Position numbers and translations under genes: made by a program. From a virus: a DNA stretch of 64,000 nucleotides. The notes beneath the pieces are model-generated. The model was not told where the DNA came from. It saw only the letters and a program-made list of their open reading frames with translations, and did not search any database. Shown here one piece after another: positions 30,825 through 40,004 of the stretch. The stretch is from IMG/VR virus record IMGVR_UViG_3300000114_000007, positions 13 to 64,012 of that record; one strand, written 5' to 3'. The number at the start of each line of letters is the position of its first letter. The first letter of the stretch is position 1.

Positions 30825-33800
30825 TTAAATTTGTGTAGTCTTTCTTACCGGAGCTCTTAATGTAAAAACCTCTGAGTATGATACTGATTCTTTTGGTTTA
30901 TTCAAGTAACTTTCAAACTCATTTATATACCACAACATATATGCCAATGCCGAAAAGCGGTCCTTATCTATCTTTCTTATAACCTTTTCTACCGTTAACG
31001 CACCGCTTGGAAGCTGTTTTAATTTTAAATTGCCCACTTCTACAAACAATAAATTAGTTTGAACAAAGGGCAAAATGTTTTCTTCAAGATTTTCCCTGTC
31101 TTCATCGGTAAAATCTATATCCTGTCTTTTCTCAAGCAATCTTAATTTACAACTGTTAATCATTTCAACAAAAACAGTAATGATTCTTGTTTGGTTTCCT
31201 TGAGCTTTTAAATCGTACAAACACTTTTCAGCATCTTTGGTTTCTGGGGCGTTGTCGGTATTAATTGTGTCCCAGCACCCCAACGGCTCTTTTGTCACAG
31301 GATCAAAGCTTTCCTTTAACAATTCATCTATCAATCCAGAACCAAGGCCATTTCCATCCGCAATTACCATTCTAACGTGAAAAGCATTGGCGATTTTTTT
31401 TACTATACATGCCTGAGTAGTAAAATTTAAAACATTCGGGATATTTGTTATATTAACAACATCTATAGAGACAATTCTATTGGTTGTTTTATTGCGGATT
31501 ACCTTTCCAACAACTACAGAAGATTGATTATTATTTGTATTTTGAGATCGAGCAACATCAACCCCCATATAATATTCATCCGTCTTATTTCCACAACTGA
31601 ATTCTGGTGTTGTTAAAGTCCGGCAATCCATCAATTTATTTATATTTACAAGAGCATTAGAGCTTGTCCCCGTCCATTCTCCACCGTAATTCTGAGCAAA
31701 AGCAATAGGAGATGTAACCTTCTTCTTCTGTAATATTTGATTTTTTGAAGATCCTCTGCCATACCAAGAACCAAGCATCCAATCAGAACCAAGAACCATT
31801 TTTCCTTTTAGATTAATCATATCCTTTATCATATTGAGATTTCTTACATATTCGTCAGAAGCTCTCCAGCCCGGCGTGGAAAAGAAATTAATTTGTTGAT
31901 TCAGTTCCGCAGGATCAACTATTGCAAGTTTTCCGGACGTGTACCGGGGGATTTCGACAATTGGCTCTAAAGCGTCTTCAAATAATTCATTGTTAATAAG
32001 AACACTTTCTTCCACTGAAAGCCTATGTCTGCGCTGTCCTTTAGAGTTCTGAGAATTTGCCAAAGACGTTATCGTTGAACCATTTTTTAAAGGAATTTCG
32101 GCATCTCCGCGCTGAAAAGTTGGTGTTTTTAAAACCTCATTTTCTAACATTGGATACTGCTTTATGATTTCATTATACTTATCTTTTAATAATTTAGAGG
32201 CATTTTCTTTTGTCTGGGCGGTCAATGACAAATTAATATTAGGATATCTCATGGCGGTTAAATACATTATTAAAAATTCCCCGTGCGTGTTATGACTTAC
32301 TATTCCGTTTGAAACAAAGGAGTGTGTTTGTGGTACTTCTAAATCATAAACGTGAGATTCATTATCTTCAATAGATTTGACCCTACTAAAGAAATAATTG
32401 TATCCTTGTAAATTTTTTAAATGCTCATACCCAACACATAATTCAGCACTATCTAAAGATAATAAATAATTCAACTTCTTGTATGTAAGCTGGTTGTTGC
32501 CTTTCAGAATATGATATATATTATCATATACATAAGTATTATATTTCTTAATATCTTGATAAAAGGAATTAATATAATCAACTTGAAACGGAATAATATC
32601 TTTATTTGTATTTCTCTCCATGTTAAGCAAGTTTTCCAAGGCGCACTGCTTATATTCAACACCAAACCCAACATGTGTATGAAATTTTTCTATATCTTCG
32701 CCATATATTTCAACACTGTAATTAAAGAAACCTTTATTGCTTTCTCTATAGAGTTTTTTAGAGATAATGCCATAATTTAATAGCAAGACCTGAACTTGCT
32801 TTGCTAATCTTTTGGATACCGTACAGTAGCTTATTTTTGTTTTTTCTGCACATCCGTCTGTATCATATAGCCCCCTAAGAAACTTTGAAACAATATTAGA
32901 AGGACTAGACATAATTATTTTTGGAACTTCCTTAGAAAATGCATTAACACATTTCAATCCCATAAATTCCAAATACTTTCTAAAATGTTTATCATATATT
33001 CTGTAATCCACACCAGAAACATATTTTGGTTCTTGCGCCCCAAAAACACAGGTTGTAATTCTAAAGAAATTATCCAATATATGATTATCTTTATTTGAAA
33101 ATCCAACATAAGAATCTTTTGTTATGCAACCATCTCCAACCAAATAACCAAAATATAAAGCGATATCCTCAGTTAAAACTTCTGGATATCGCTTTATATT
33201 TAAGTGTGATTTAGATTGATTCGATAACCCGCTAATCCAATCATCCATTTTCTGTGATATATTTATGTCTGTATTGTTTCCCCACACATTATTATTTCTA
33301 CTAATAATTATATAGTCGCCGATTTGAATATCTTGCAACTGTTTAAATTCTATATTCCCATCGGCAGACATTCTCAATATTGGATGAATTAAGGTTCCCT
33401 CAACCGAATATCCTTCTTCTGTGGTTAGAAGCTTTGTTTTTTTAAGTCCACTATAGACCCCCCTGTTGGATGTCACAATATTTCCATCTCTGTTCAAAAC
33501 ATTAGTAAAATGTTCCGTCCAAGTTTCTATGTTATCCTTTTGATAATTAAATATTTCACCAATTTCTTTTAATCCTTCATCGGTAAACAATAGGGTGTCA
33601 CCAGCAACACACTTGCCAAAACCTCTTGGGAAGCAACCATAAACGGAATAAAACCTTGCCATTGAGCGCAAAAAAAGCCTTTGCTCTGAGCTTAGGTGGA
33701 TGCCTCCTGTTTCTGGTTTTGTTAAATCTAAAAACAAATCCGGATACCACTGTGTCCAACTCGTAAATTCTATATACTTCTCAAGATTTTTCTCAAAAGC

Positions 33801-33839
33801 AGAGGCATTCTCTAAAATACCTTTATCCATCAAAATCAC
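30825..33839 (-). CDS. terL: Terminase large subunit with intein
   Basis: Walker A PRGFGK|T split by intein; KGQRRHRLSVEE; nuclease motifs MGVDVAR, ADGNGLG, KDRFSAL. Confidence 0.9.
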   Translation of the reverse strand: MILMDKGILENASAFEKNLEKYIEFTSWTQWYPDLFLDLTKPETGGIHLSSEQRLFLRSMARFYSVYGCFPRGFGKCVAGDTLLFTDEGLKEIGEIFNYQKDNIETWTEHFTNVLNRDGNIVTSNRGVYSGLKKTKLLTTEEGYSVEGTLIHPILRMSADGNIEFKQLQDIQIGDYIIISRNNNVWGNNTDINISQKMDDWISGLSNQSKSHLNIKRYPEVLTEDIALYFGYLVGDGCITKDSYVGFSNKDNHILDNFFRITTCVFGAQEPKYVSGVDYRIYDKHFRKYLEFMGLKCVNAFSKEVPKIIMSSPSNIVSKFLRGLYDTDGCAEKTKISYCTVSKRLAKQVQVLLLNYGIISKKLYRESNKGFFNYSVEIYGEDIEKFHTHVGFGVEYKQCALENLLNMERNTNKDIIPFQVDYINSFYQDIKKYNTYVYDNIYHILKGNNQLTYKKLNYLLSLDSAELCVGYEHLKNLQGYNYFFSRVKSIEDNESHVYDLEVPQTHSFVSNGIVSHNTHGEFLIMYLTAMRYPNINLSLTAQTKENASKLLKDKYNEIIKQYPMLENEVLKTPTFQRGDAEIPLKNGSTITSLANSQNSKGQRRHRLSVEESVLINNELFEDALEPIVEIPRYTSGKLAIVDPAELNQQINFFSTPGWRASDEYVRNLNMIKDMINLKGKMVLGSDWMLGSWYGRGSSKNQILQKKKVTSPIAFAQNYGGEWTGTSSNALVNINKLMDCRTLTTPEFSCGNKTDEYYMGVDVARSQNTNNNQSSVVVGKVIRNKTTNRIVSIDVVNITNIPNVLNFTTQACIVKKIANAFHVRMVIADGNGLGSGLIDELLKESFDPVTKEPLGCWDTINTDNAPETKDAEKCLYDLKAQGNQTRIITVFVEMINSCKLRLLEKRQDIDFTDEDRENLEENILPFVQTNLLFVEVGNLKLKQLPSGALTVEKVIRKIDKDRFSALAYMLWYINEFESYLNKPKESVSYSEVFTLRAPVRKTTQI
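32289..33611 (-). mobile_element. Intein with LAGLIDADG endonuclease (441 aa)
   Basis: Starts CVAGDT, ends YDLEV...FVSNGIVSHN followed by Thr; GYLVGDG and LRGLYDTDG motifs. Confidence 0.92.
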
Positions 33840-35007
33840 CCTCTATGCTACCATCTTCGCTTGAATCAGAATAATCACTTGGGAGGGTAATGAACTTCTG
33901 GATATTTTCTCGATTCTTTTCTGTCGTATCACCTGCAAAGATTCCATATGGGTCCCCATACTGTTCAACATAATCTCGTTTTCTTTCGTCATAGAATTTA
34001 TAAACATCTTCATATTCACACAAGGGTTTTCCCTCTAAGCGTCTCAAATAATTAATCAAACACCATATATTAAAATCAATAGCGTCATTTGGTCTATATT
34101 TAAACTTAGGCAAGATTGGGATAATATCAACAGCTTGTTCAACCGCCTGAAATAACTCTGAGAAGCTGTTCAATCCGCCTTGTAAATCGCTTTTTCTTAA
34201 CTGACTTGGATTTATTTTGGCCTTTTCTGCCGCAGTGGTTGCAGCTCTATTCCATTTTTCAGCTTCGCTAACATCACCACGGGATGTCGCCATTTCTTCT
34301 TTAACTTTAAGCCTGATATATGTAAGAAGAGCTTCTGAATGCAGATTTGTGATATCTGGGTAGCTTGTTTTTAAAAATTCATATTTTTTCCACATGGCGC
34401 GATATTCAGATTTATTATAGCCCTCGCCAAACAATCTAATAATATCCTGTGTTACTTCAAACTCATCATCCTCAAGATAATAAAGTATAGAATTTCTTCC
34501 ATTCACAGCATCTTCTGTTTTTTTCATAAGAAGTCTATTTTCTGGACTATCACCAAATGTACTTTCATATTTCAAGCCCTGTTCCCAATTTAAATCTTTA
34601 TATTGAGAAAGTGTAATAATCGTTTTAAAATAATAACCTATAATACTTGCTTTACTTATATCACTTCTAAAATCCTCGCCCAATGGAAATTTTTTTGCAT
34701 ATTCTTTCACAGATGCCTGATAAACCTTTTCTATATAAGGCTTGTCAAATTGTCTCAATATACTTTTAAATTCATCAAGCTTAATTTCATTTGTTTCAGC
34801 ATCAAGACACCTGTCCTTTATACAAGTCTTACAAATAGGCAACAACCCATCTGGATATAAGTCGCTATTTGTTTTGTAAAAATGAATTCTTGATTTATTA
34901 GCGGATTCGGCAGGACATGACACACACATCTTTTTTATCGTTGGTTGTTTCTTTTTTCTTTTTTTAGCCATTGTTCTTTTGGTTGTTGCACCACTTGGTC
35001 TCGCCAA
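33823..35007 (-). CDS. YonG-like protein, putative terminase small subunit
   Basis: TTG 35007 after GGAGGG; CVSC...FYK...PICKTC Zn motif; immediately upstream of terL. Confidence 0.65.
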   Translation of the reverse strand: MARPSGATTKRTMAKKRKKKQPTIKKMCVSCPAESANKSRIHFYKTNSDLYPDGLLPICKTCIKDRCLDAETNEIKLDEFKSILRQFDKPYIEKVYQASVKEYAKKFPLGEDFRSDISKASIIGYYFKTIITLSQYKDLNWEQGLKYESTFGDSPENRLLMKKTEDAVNGRNSILYYLEDDEFEVTQDIIRLFGEGYNKSEYRAMWKKYEFLKTSYPDITNLHSEALLTYIRLKVKEEMATSRGDVSEAEKWNRAATTAAEKAKINPSQLRKSDLQGGLNSFSELFQAVEQAVDIIPILPKFKYRPNDAIDFNIWCLINYLRRLEGKPLCEYEDVYKFYDERKRDYVEQYGDPYGIFAGDTTEKNRENIQKFITLPSDYSDSSEDGSIEGDFDG

Positions 35008-35063
35008 TAAAACATTCCCTCCTATCTTGTACTCAAAATTTGAACCGATATATTCTTTTAAAA

Positions 35064-35102
35064 GGCGGCTACAGGAATTGCACCCGTAATACTTTTGCCA
35101 CC
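35064..35102 (-). ncRNA. tRNA-minihelix-like element (acceptor stem + T arm)
   Basis: GGTGGC/GCCGCC stem enclosing ACGGG-TGCAATT-CCTGT. Confidence 0.45.
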
Positions 35103-35104
35103 AC

Positions 35105-35137
35105 AAAAAAGCGATCTCATTGTTATGAGATCGCTCA
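35105..35137 (-). terminator. Intrinsic terminator
   Basis: AGCGATCTCAT-AACA-ATGAGATCGCT followed by a T run. Confidence 0.75.
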
Positions 35138-35262
35138 AAATAAACTTGTGTAAAATATAGCAATATGATATAATGAATCTGTCCACTTAGGTCTGTTCCG
35201 AGCAACCAAGTAGACTGAATGACACGTGGAGTAATTCTACGTGTCGTTTATTTGTCATTCTT

Positions 35263-35469
35263 TTATTTTGGTTTTGATACCTCTTCAATACATGCGGATA
35301 ACTCAGGAGACAGTTTAAATACATGACATGTTTTACCTGTCTTGATATTTATAAATTTCCCAGTAAAATTGTTTTCCTCATCTTTATAAGTCTCAAATCC
35401 TCTTTCTCGCAGGTGTTCATAGATCCTCGTTGAATAACACGGAAAATATTGATCCGTAGGATATTTCAT
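35263..35469 (-). CDS. Small hypothetical protein
   Basis: MKYPTDQYFPCYS...; AAAGGTG RBS. Confidence 0.6.
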   Translation of the reverse strand: MKYPTDQYFPCYSTRIYEHLRERGFETYKDEENNFTGKFINIKTGKTCHVFKLSPELSACIEEVSKPK

Positions 35470-35552
35470 GCTCACTACACCTTTCATCTTTAAATAGGTA
35501 CATAATTATATAAAATGTGTAAAATGTAATAATGTAAGAATGACACGATGTT

Positions 35553-35593
35553 TGACGATTGACGGATTTGCACCGTCTATACTATTATCGTCA
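35553..35593 (-). ncRNA. tRNA-minihelix-like element (acceptor stem + T arm)
   Basis: TGACGAT/ATCGTCA 7-bp stem enclosing GACGG-TGCAAAT-CCGTC. Confidence 0.5.
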
Positions 35594-35615
35594 CATAAAA
35601 TTTAAAAAATGTCAA

Positions 35616-35999
35616 CTATATTTTTTCTTCCACAAGTTTTGTTTTCCCAAACAAACCTTTCTTTTCTATAAAAACCTTCTCACTGGGGATAGAATCACGA
35701 ATGATTAATTCTGAGCCAACCGTTTCAGTATTTCCAGCTTTGTTTTCGTAACTCTTAAATATATTTACCATATAGTCCAATTTAAAGCTAATTTCATCAT
35801 ATGCAGAACTTAATTTATCCTCCATATTTGCAACGTTAACTAACACTTTTCCCAAATCTGTTTTAATATCTGCGGAGCCATCAGAAAAATGTTGTGCTAC
35901 AGCTTCGTTGTTACTCCTAACACCATTTAATGCACGAAGATATTGCATTCTTCCAAATCCTTTTGCATATTTTTGTTTGTTGATTTCTTTTTTATTCAT
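35616..35999 (-). CDS. Hypothetical protein, accessory cassette gene 5
   Basis: ATG 35999 after GGAGG. Confidence 0.6.
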   Translation of the reverse strand: MNKKEINKQKYAKGFGRMQYLRALNGVRSNNEAVAQHFSDGSADIKTDLGKVLVNVANMEDKLSSAYDEISFKLDYMVNIFKSYENKAGNTETVGSELIIRDSIPSEKVFIEKKGLFGKTKLVEEKI

Positions 36000-36019
36000 A
36001 AACTCAACAGCCTCCACAA

Positions 36020-36421
36020 TCAAGGAATTGCCGGAGGTAAATAATGCGTATGGCAAATTTCCGATAAGACATTCAGGTGTGCGGGATCCTGAAAATAAAC
36101 AACCTTTAACAAACATTTTCTTGTGTCATAATCAATAATTCTATCAGCGCGAACATAATCTCCCACCCTGTCATAAACATCAACCAAAGTAGTTCCACCA
36201 TCCTCTGAATAAACAATGGGGAGGGTGTCTCCATAAGGGATGGACTGGGGAAGGGCAAGATAGAAAGTAAAACAACGACACTGGGGATTAATTGTTGATA
36301 AGAACGGAGACACCGGCTGAATTAAGTCGTATGTCCCTTCGTTTGTGAAAGACTCTATGACCACGGGATTGCACTGACTCCCATACGGAGCACATGGATT
36401 ATACTGATTTTTACAATTCAC
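36020..36421 (-). CDS. Cys/Pro-rich beta protein, accessory cassette gene 4
   Basis: GTG 36421 after GAGGT; NCKNQYNPCAPYGSQCNP N-terminus. Confidence 0.6.
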   Translation of the reverse strand: MNCKNQYNPCAPYGSQCNPVVIESFTNEGTYDLIQPVSPFLSTINPQCRCFTFYLALPQSIPYGDTLPIVYSEDGGTTLVDVYDRVGDYVRADRIIDYDTRKCLLKVVYFQDPAHLNVLSEICHTHYLPPAIP

Positions 36422-36476
36422 AATTTTATACCTCTTTCCTCTAATTTCAGCAAAGTATAAAATGTAAAACATGTAG

Positions 36477-36863
36477 TTATAAACTCAATTTTGTATCAAG
36501 TAAAATTTGAAAGATTTGATCTACAGATTCCAAAGATAGACTTGAATGAGCTTTTATCAATTCATCTATCCCATCATTAATAAGTTGTTTCGCGCTATTA
36601 TATCCATCTTCAATAGATGTTTCTGAATCACTAAAACTTGATTCAACACTCAAATTAACCATATCTTGAATTTTTGGCAAGAATTGCTTTTCTTTTCCAA
36701 CAAGCCACTTATCAACACTCGGAAGAACTACTTTTAACAACGGAATTGAAGAAGAGAGCGAAGTTAAAATAGTTAAACTATTTTGCTTTATATAGTCGTA
36801 TTTATTCTCAACATCTCTTTCGATCATATTCAACACTGTTTGTTTGTGTACGGTGTCACTCAT
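36477..36863 (-). CDS. Helical hypothetical protein, accessory cassette gene 3
   Basis: 128 aa, ATGA overlap with upstream gene, GGAGG RBS. Confidence 0.65.
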   Translation of the reverse strand: MSDTVHKQTVLNMIERDVENKYDYIKQNSLTILTSLSSSIPLLKVVLPSVDKWLVGKEKQFLPKIQDMVNLSVESSFSDSETSIEDGYNSAKQLINDGIDELIKAHSSLSLESVDQIFQILLDTKLSL

Positions 36864-37447
36864 TTTGTATTTCCTCCACCTTGACTTTTGTTATTAGAAT
36901 ATTGTTTATCCTTATAAGTTTGCTGTACAACCGGCTGATGAACCGATGTTCCGGCCTTCTTTAAAATTTCATCTATTTGACGTTCTTTTTGTTCAAGACT
37001 CTTTTCGCGCTCTGCAAGACGTTTTTCAAGATCCGCCGTTTCTCGTTCCCGCTGAAGATCTTTTTGAGCGTATTCCTCTTTGAGTGATTTTGTCGTTGTG
37101 TGAAGTTGCTCGAAAAGCAAGCGTCCCTGTTGAGAGGCTACAATCTCAGGAATTATACGAGCGTAAAGAGATTGTTTTATAGCGTTTTCACACTGAAAAT
37201 AAATTTGAGAATAACGCTCATCATGGATTATTTTTTCGCGAGTTATATCTGAGCAAGAATTCAAAGTTGCCAAATAATCTGAATACGGATCTGAGTAGCT
37301 TTGATTGGGCAATATACGATTAGATAAATCGGCATATTGCTGTTCAAGTGTTAAGCGAGTTGAATTTGGCGCTGTATTTTGATTCTGTGGTGACGGGAAT
37401 CTGCTTGATACCACATGATTCATAATAGGTAAAGAATCGCCTATCAT
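36860..37447 (-). CDS. Gln-rich coiled-coil protein, accessory cassette gene 2
   Basis: 195 aa, AGGTGA RBS, C-terminal coiled coil. Confidence 0.7.
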   Translation of the reverse strand: MIGDSLPIMNHVVSSRFPSPQNQNTAPNSTRLTLEQQYADLSNRILPNQSYSDPYSDYLATLNSCSDITREKIIHDERYSQIYFQCENAIKQSLYARIIPEIVASQQGRLLFEQLHTTTKSLKEEYAQKDLQRERETADLEKRLAEREKSLEQKERQIDEILKKAGTSVHQPVVQQTYKDKQYSNNKSQGGGNTK

Positions 37448-37537
37448 TTTTTCACCTTTTTCTATTAAAATTTGAATAAAGTGAAAATGTATAAAATGTC
37501 ACATAATGTAATTATTTAGCTACATGGAAACAAAGAA

Positions 37538-38086
37538 TTAAAATCCCCCGCATCCACAACCGCGTCCGTTGCCTCCAAAGGGACGACCAGGAAGGTATTC
37601 ACGAGCCTCATGGCTATCCAGAACTCTAGTGGGGGATACAAAGCTGTCAGCCAACGTAGCGGGGGAGAGGTACACATCACCCTGTACGCAACGGCAAGTT
37701 GCAAGAGCCAGATTCTTTTCGCTCAGAAGACGCTCCCACTCGAACTGGTCCCTAATGATACTATTCTGGTACTGATTTGCAGTGCTATTGACGCTGATCG
37801 CGGCTTCAAGACCGGCAAAGCGTCTTTCGGTCTGAATATCTCGATCACTTTGAGTGTTAATCTGAGATATCAATGTCTGATAAAACATGTCCTTGTCAAC
37901 AAGGCATTCTCTTGTGATGCCTCCAGTAGCTGTGCTACCCAAAACGCCACCATTAAGGATTCCTGCACCTCCATTCAACACACCAAGAGCCGTTCCAATA
38001 ATACCAGTGGTTAAAGCTGCATTAACCGTTCCCTTTGAAGATACTGACTGCTCCATGCCATTTTCATCTTTCAGAGTTATCGCCAT
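37538..38086 (-). CDS. Gly-rich hydrophobic/coiled-coil protein with CGC tail, accessory cassette gene 1
   Basis: SKGTVNAALTTGIIGTALGVLNGG...GRGCGCGGF; AGGAGGA RBS. Confidence 0.75.
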   Translation of the reverse strand: MAITLKDENGMEQSVSSKGTVNAALTTGIIGTALGVLNGGAGILNGGVLGSTATGGITRECLVDKDMFYQTLISQINTQSDRDIQTERRFAGLEAAISVNSTANQYQNSIIRDQFEWERLLSEKNLALATCRCVQGDVYLSPATLADSFVSPTRVLDSHEAREYLPGRPFGGNGRGCGCGGF

Positions 38087-38208
38087 TACAAATTCCTCCT
38101 ATAAATATTATTATTTGCATAAAAGTACCACTGTTTTTGGTCCTTTATAGCCAAGTGAATATTTATAATGTGAGAAAATGTTAATATGTTAACCATTTCA
38201 AACCCATA

Positions 38209-38282
38209 TTTTATACCCCGCACATAGGTAAGCGGCAAACATTAGCAAGTCCTACTTTTATACCCCGCTGATGACACGCGGC
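38209..38282. repeat. Two direct repeats TTTTATACCCCGC-N9/10-GCGGC
   Basis: Copies at 38209-38236 and 38256-38282, each able to form a CCGC/GCGG hairpin. Confidence 0.8.
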
Positions 38283-38292
38283 TAAAATTATA

Positions 38293-38407
38293 TTGCTGGG
38301 CAAGGCTTTTCACCTACTGCAACACTCCTGCGCGGTTCACAAAGATTACCCGCCATATGGGAGCAAAGTATTGTCTTCTCTCCGCGTTTATCTTACGCCA
38401 CCAACAA
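38293..38407 (-). ncRNA. tRNA-like structured element with enlarged centre
   Basis: TTGTTGG/CCAGCAA closing stem, TGGCGT-AAGATAA-ACGC D-like arm, GTAGG-TGAAAAG-CCTTGC T-like arm. Confidence 0.4.
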
Positions 38408-38413
38408 ATATAA

Positions 38414-38689
38414 TTATGTGTTTACAGTCTCTTTAAACCTTTTACCGGCCTTGAATACCGGTACTGTTCGAGCCGAAATCATACATTCTACCAATGTCTT
38501 TGGATTTCTCCCCAATCTTGGTGCCTTTTTCACGGGCTCAAAAATTCCGAAGTCTAAAATTTTTACCTTCTCGCCAGATGCCACTGTCTCTATTATTGTT
38601 TCAATAACCGCATCTAACATTAAATCTGCCTTTACTTGGCCTATACTAAGCCTGTTACCAATTTTCTTAACCAATTCGGGTCTATTTAT
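38414..38689 (-). CDS. hup: HU family DNA-binding protein, ATA start
   Basis: GEKVKILDFGIF...RLGRNPKT...VPVFKAGKRFK; ATA-NRPELVKKI restores the usual MNxxEL N-terminus. Confidence 0.9.
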   Translation of the reverse strand: MNRPELVKKIGNRLSIGQVKADLMLDAVIETIIETVASGEKVKILDFGIFEPVKKAPRLGRNPKTLVECMISARTVPVFKAGKRFKETVNT

Positions 38690-38708
38690 ATTAATCTTCC
38701 TTTCAGTG

Positions 38709-40004
38709 TTAAACAGTAATGTACATACAATCTGTTATATTATTTTTATCATTGTAAATCATAGATAGGTGTACTTGTTTGGAGCTATAATTACTATCAT
38801 TAGCCCATGTTGAACTAGGACTTGTTGTCGGTAAACGTCTTATTGTAAGATTTTTATCTTGTCTGACGGTTTCAGAATGCAAATGTGCAACCAAACAATC
38901 AAAATACTCAATTCCATCCAACATGCCGGATGCCTCATCAAGAAAAGTTGCGGCAACATCAGATAACTTAATGTCATGAGTTAGCATAAATAGTGTATTA
39001 CCAAACTTATAATATTTTCTCGGCAACGGAGAATAGTCCACATCAACATTTTCATTATTTCTAAAATATGTATTTAGATTATATATGAAGTTAAATGAAA
39101 TGGTTTTATCATGGTTTGAAGGGACAAAAACTACCTCAACCTTTATTTTTAATGTATCCGATAGAGTTTCAATAGCGTTAATGACAATTTCAGATAATTG
39201 AATAAACGCCTCAAATAAATGTCCATCATTTGACTGTGGAGTACCCTTAAAGGTAGTTCCTGCAATATTGTCGGCATTAAACATGTCGTTGCCCAGAACG
39301 AACATTATTTTAGAAATGTTTCTATCTTTAATTCTTTCGCATGTTTCATTAATAATTTTATAAAAATTTTCCTCTGCGATCTTTTTGTCGTAGTCGCTTC
39401 CGCAAATGAAAGCAGAACAAAGCAATCCATAATGTAAATCTGCGATAGGAAGCACCAAACAATTGTTACCGCCTTCTTTGCCAGTATATTGGTACGCACC
39501 AACCTTTTTGCTTTCAAATGAATCGTACCACTCTTTAACCTTATCCAAATTAATTCCGTTAGCCTTTGGTTTAACCAAGATCTTGCTAGAATATAATTTT
39601 TTAATTTCTCCGCCCTTTTTTTGAACATCCCAGAAACTATTTTTAGAAGATGTAAGCTCCCATTGCAAGGGATCATACCCATGCAATTTCAAAAGATATT
39701 CTGGATCACGTAATTTATCTTCGTCAACCTCAAATTTTCCCTCGCTGCTTTGCGATCCATCGTTATTTGTTGAAATCGTTTTCTTTTGAGAAATAGAGTA
39801 GAGGTCACCGGGTTTTTGCACCCATCCCTCCTCTATGTATTCCTTTAGAAGCAAGCCTCCGCGCCGAGTTGTATCGTTGTGAAAACGTTCAGCATAATAA
39901 TCGGCACGAAGGTCGGTTAAATTTTGCCAAGTTGCATCACCGTTCTGAATATCTCGAATTAGATCAAGTTGTTTTGCCAAAAAATCCTGTTTAGTCAGTC
40001 TCAT
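38709..40004 (-). CDS. Calcineurin-like metallophosphoesterase (YonJ-like)
   Basis: ADLHYG, LGNDMFN, PSNHD, TH, AHLH motifs. Confidence 0.8.
   Translation of the reverse strand: MRLTKQDFLAKQLDLIRDIQNGDATWQNLTDLRADYYAERFHNDTTRRGGLLLKEYIEEGWVQKPGDLYSISQKKTISTNNDGSQSSEGKFEVDEDKLRDPEYLLKLHGYDPLQWELTSSKNSFWDVQKKGGEIKKLYSSKILVKPKANGINLDKVKEWYDSFESKKVGAYQYTGKEGGNNCLVLPIADLHYGLLCSAFICGSDYDKKIAEENFYKIINETCERIKDRNISKIMFVLGNDMFNADNIAGTTFKGTPQSNDGHLFEAFIQLSEIVINAIETLSDTLKIKVEVVFVPSNHDKTISFNFIYNLNTYFRNNENVDVDYSPLPRKYYKFGNTLFMLTHDIKLSDVAATFLDEASGMLDGIEYFDCLVAHLHSETVRQDKNLTIRRLPTTSPSSTWANDSNYSSKQVHLSMIYNDKNNITDCMYITV

Noticed and set aside
38209..38282. Mini CRISPR array
   Set aside because: Only two 13-nt repeats, no cas genes; geometry does not fit.
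38266..38300. CTGATGA hammerhead core
   Set aside because: No correctly placed GAAA or three-stem junction, and it lies antisense to the transcript.
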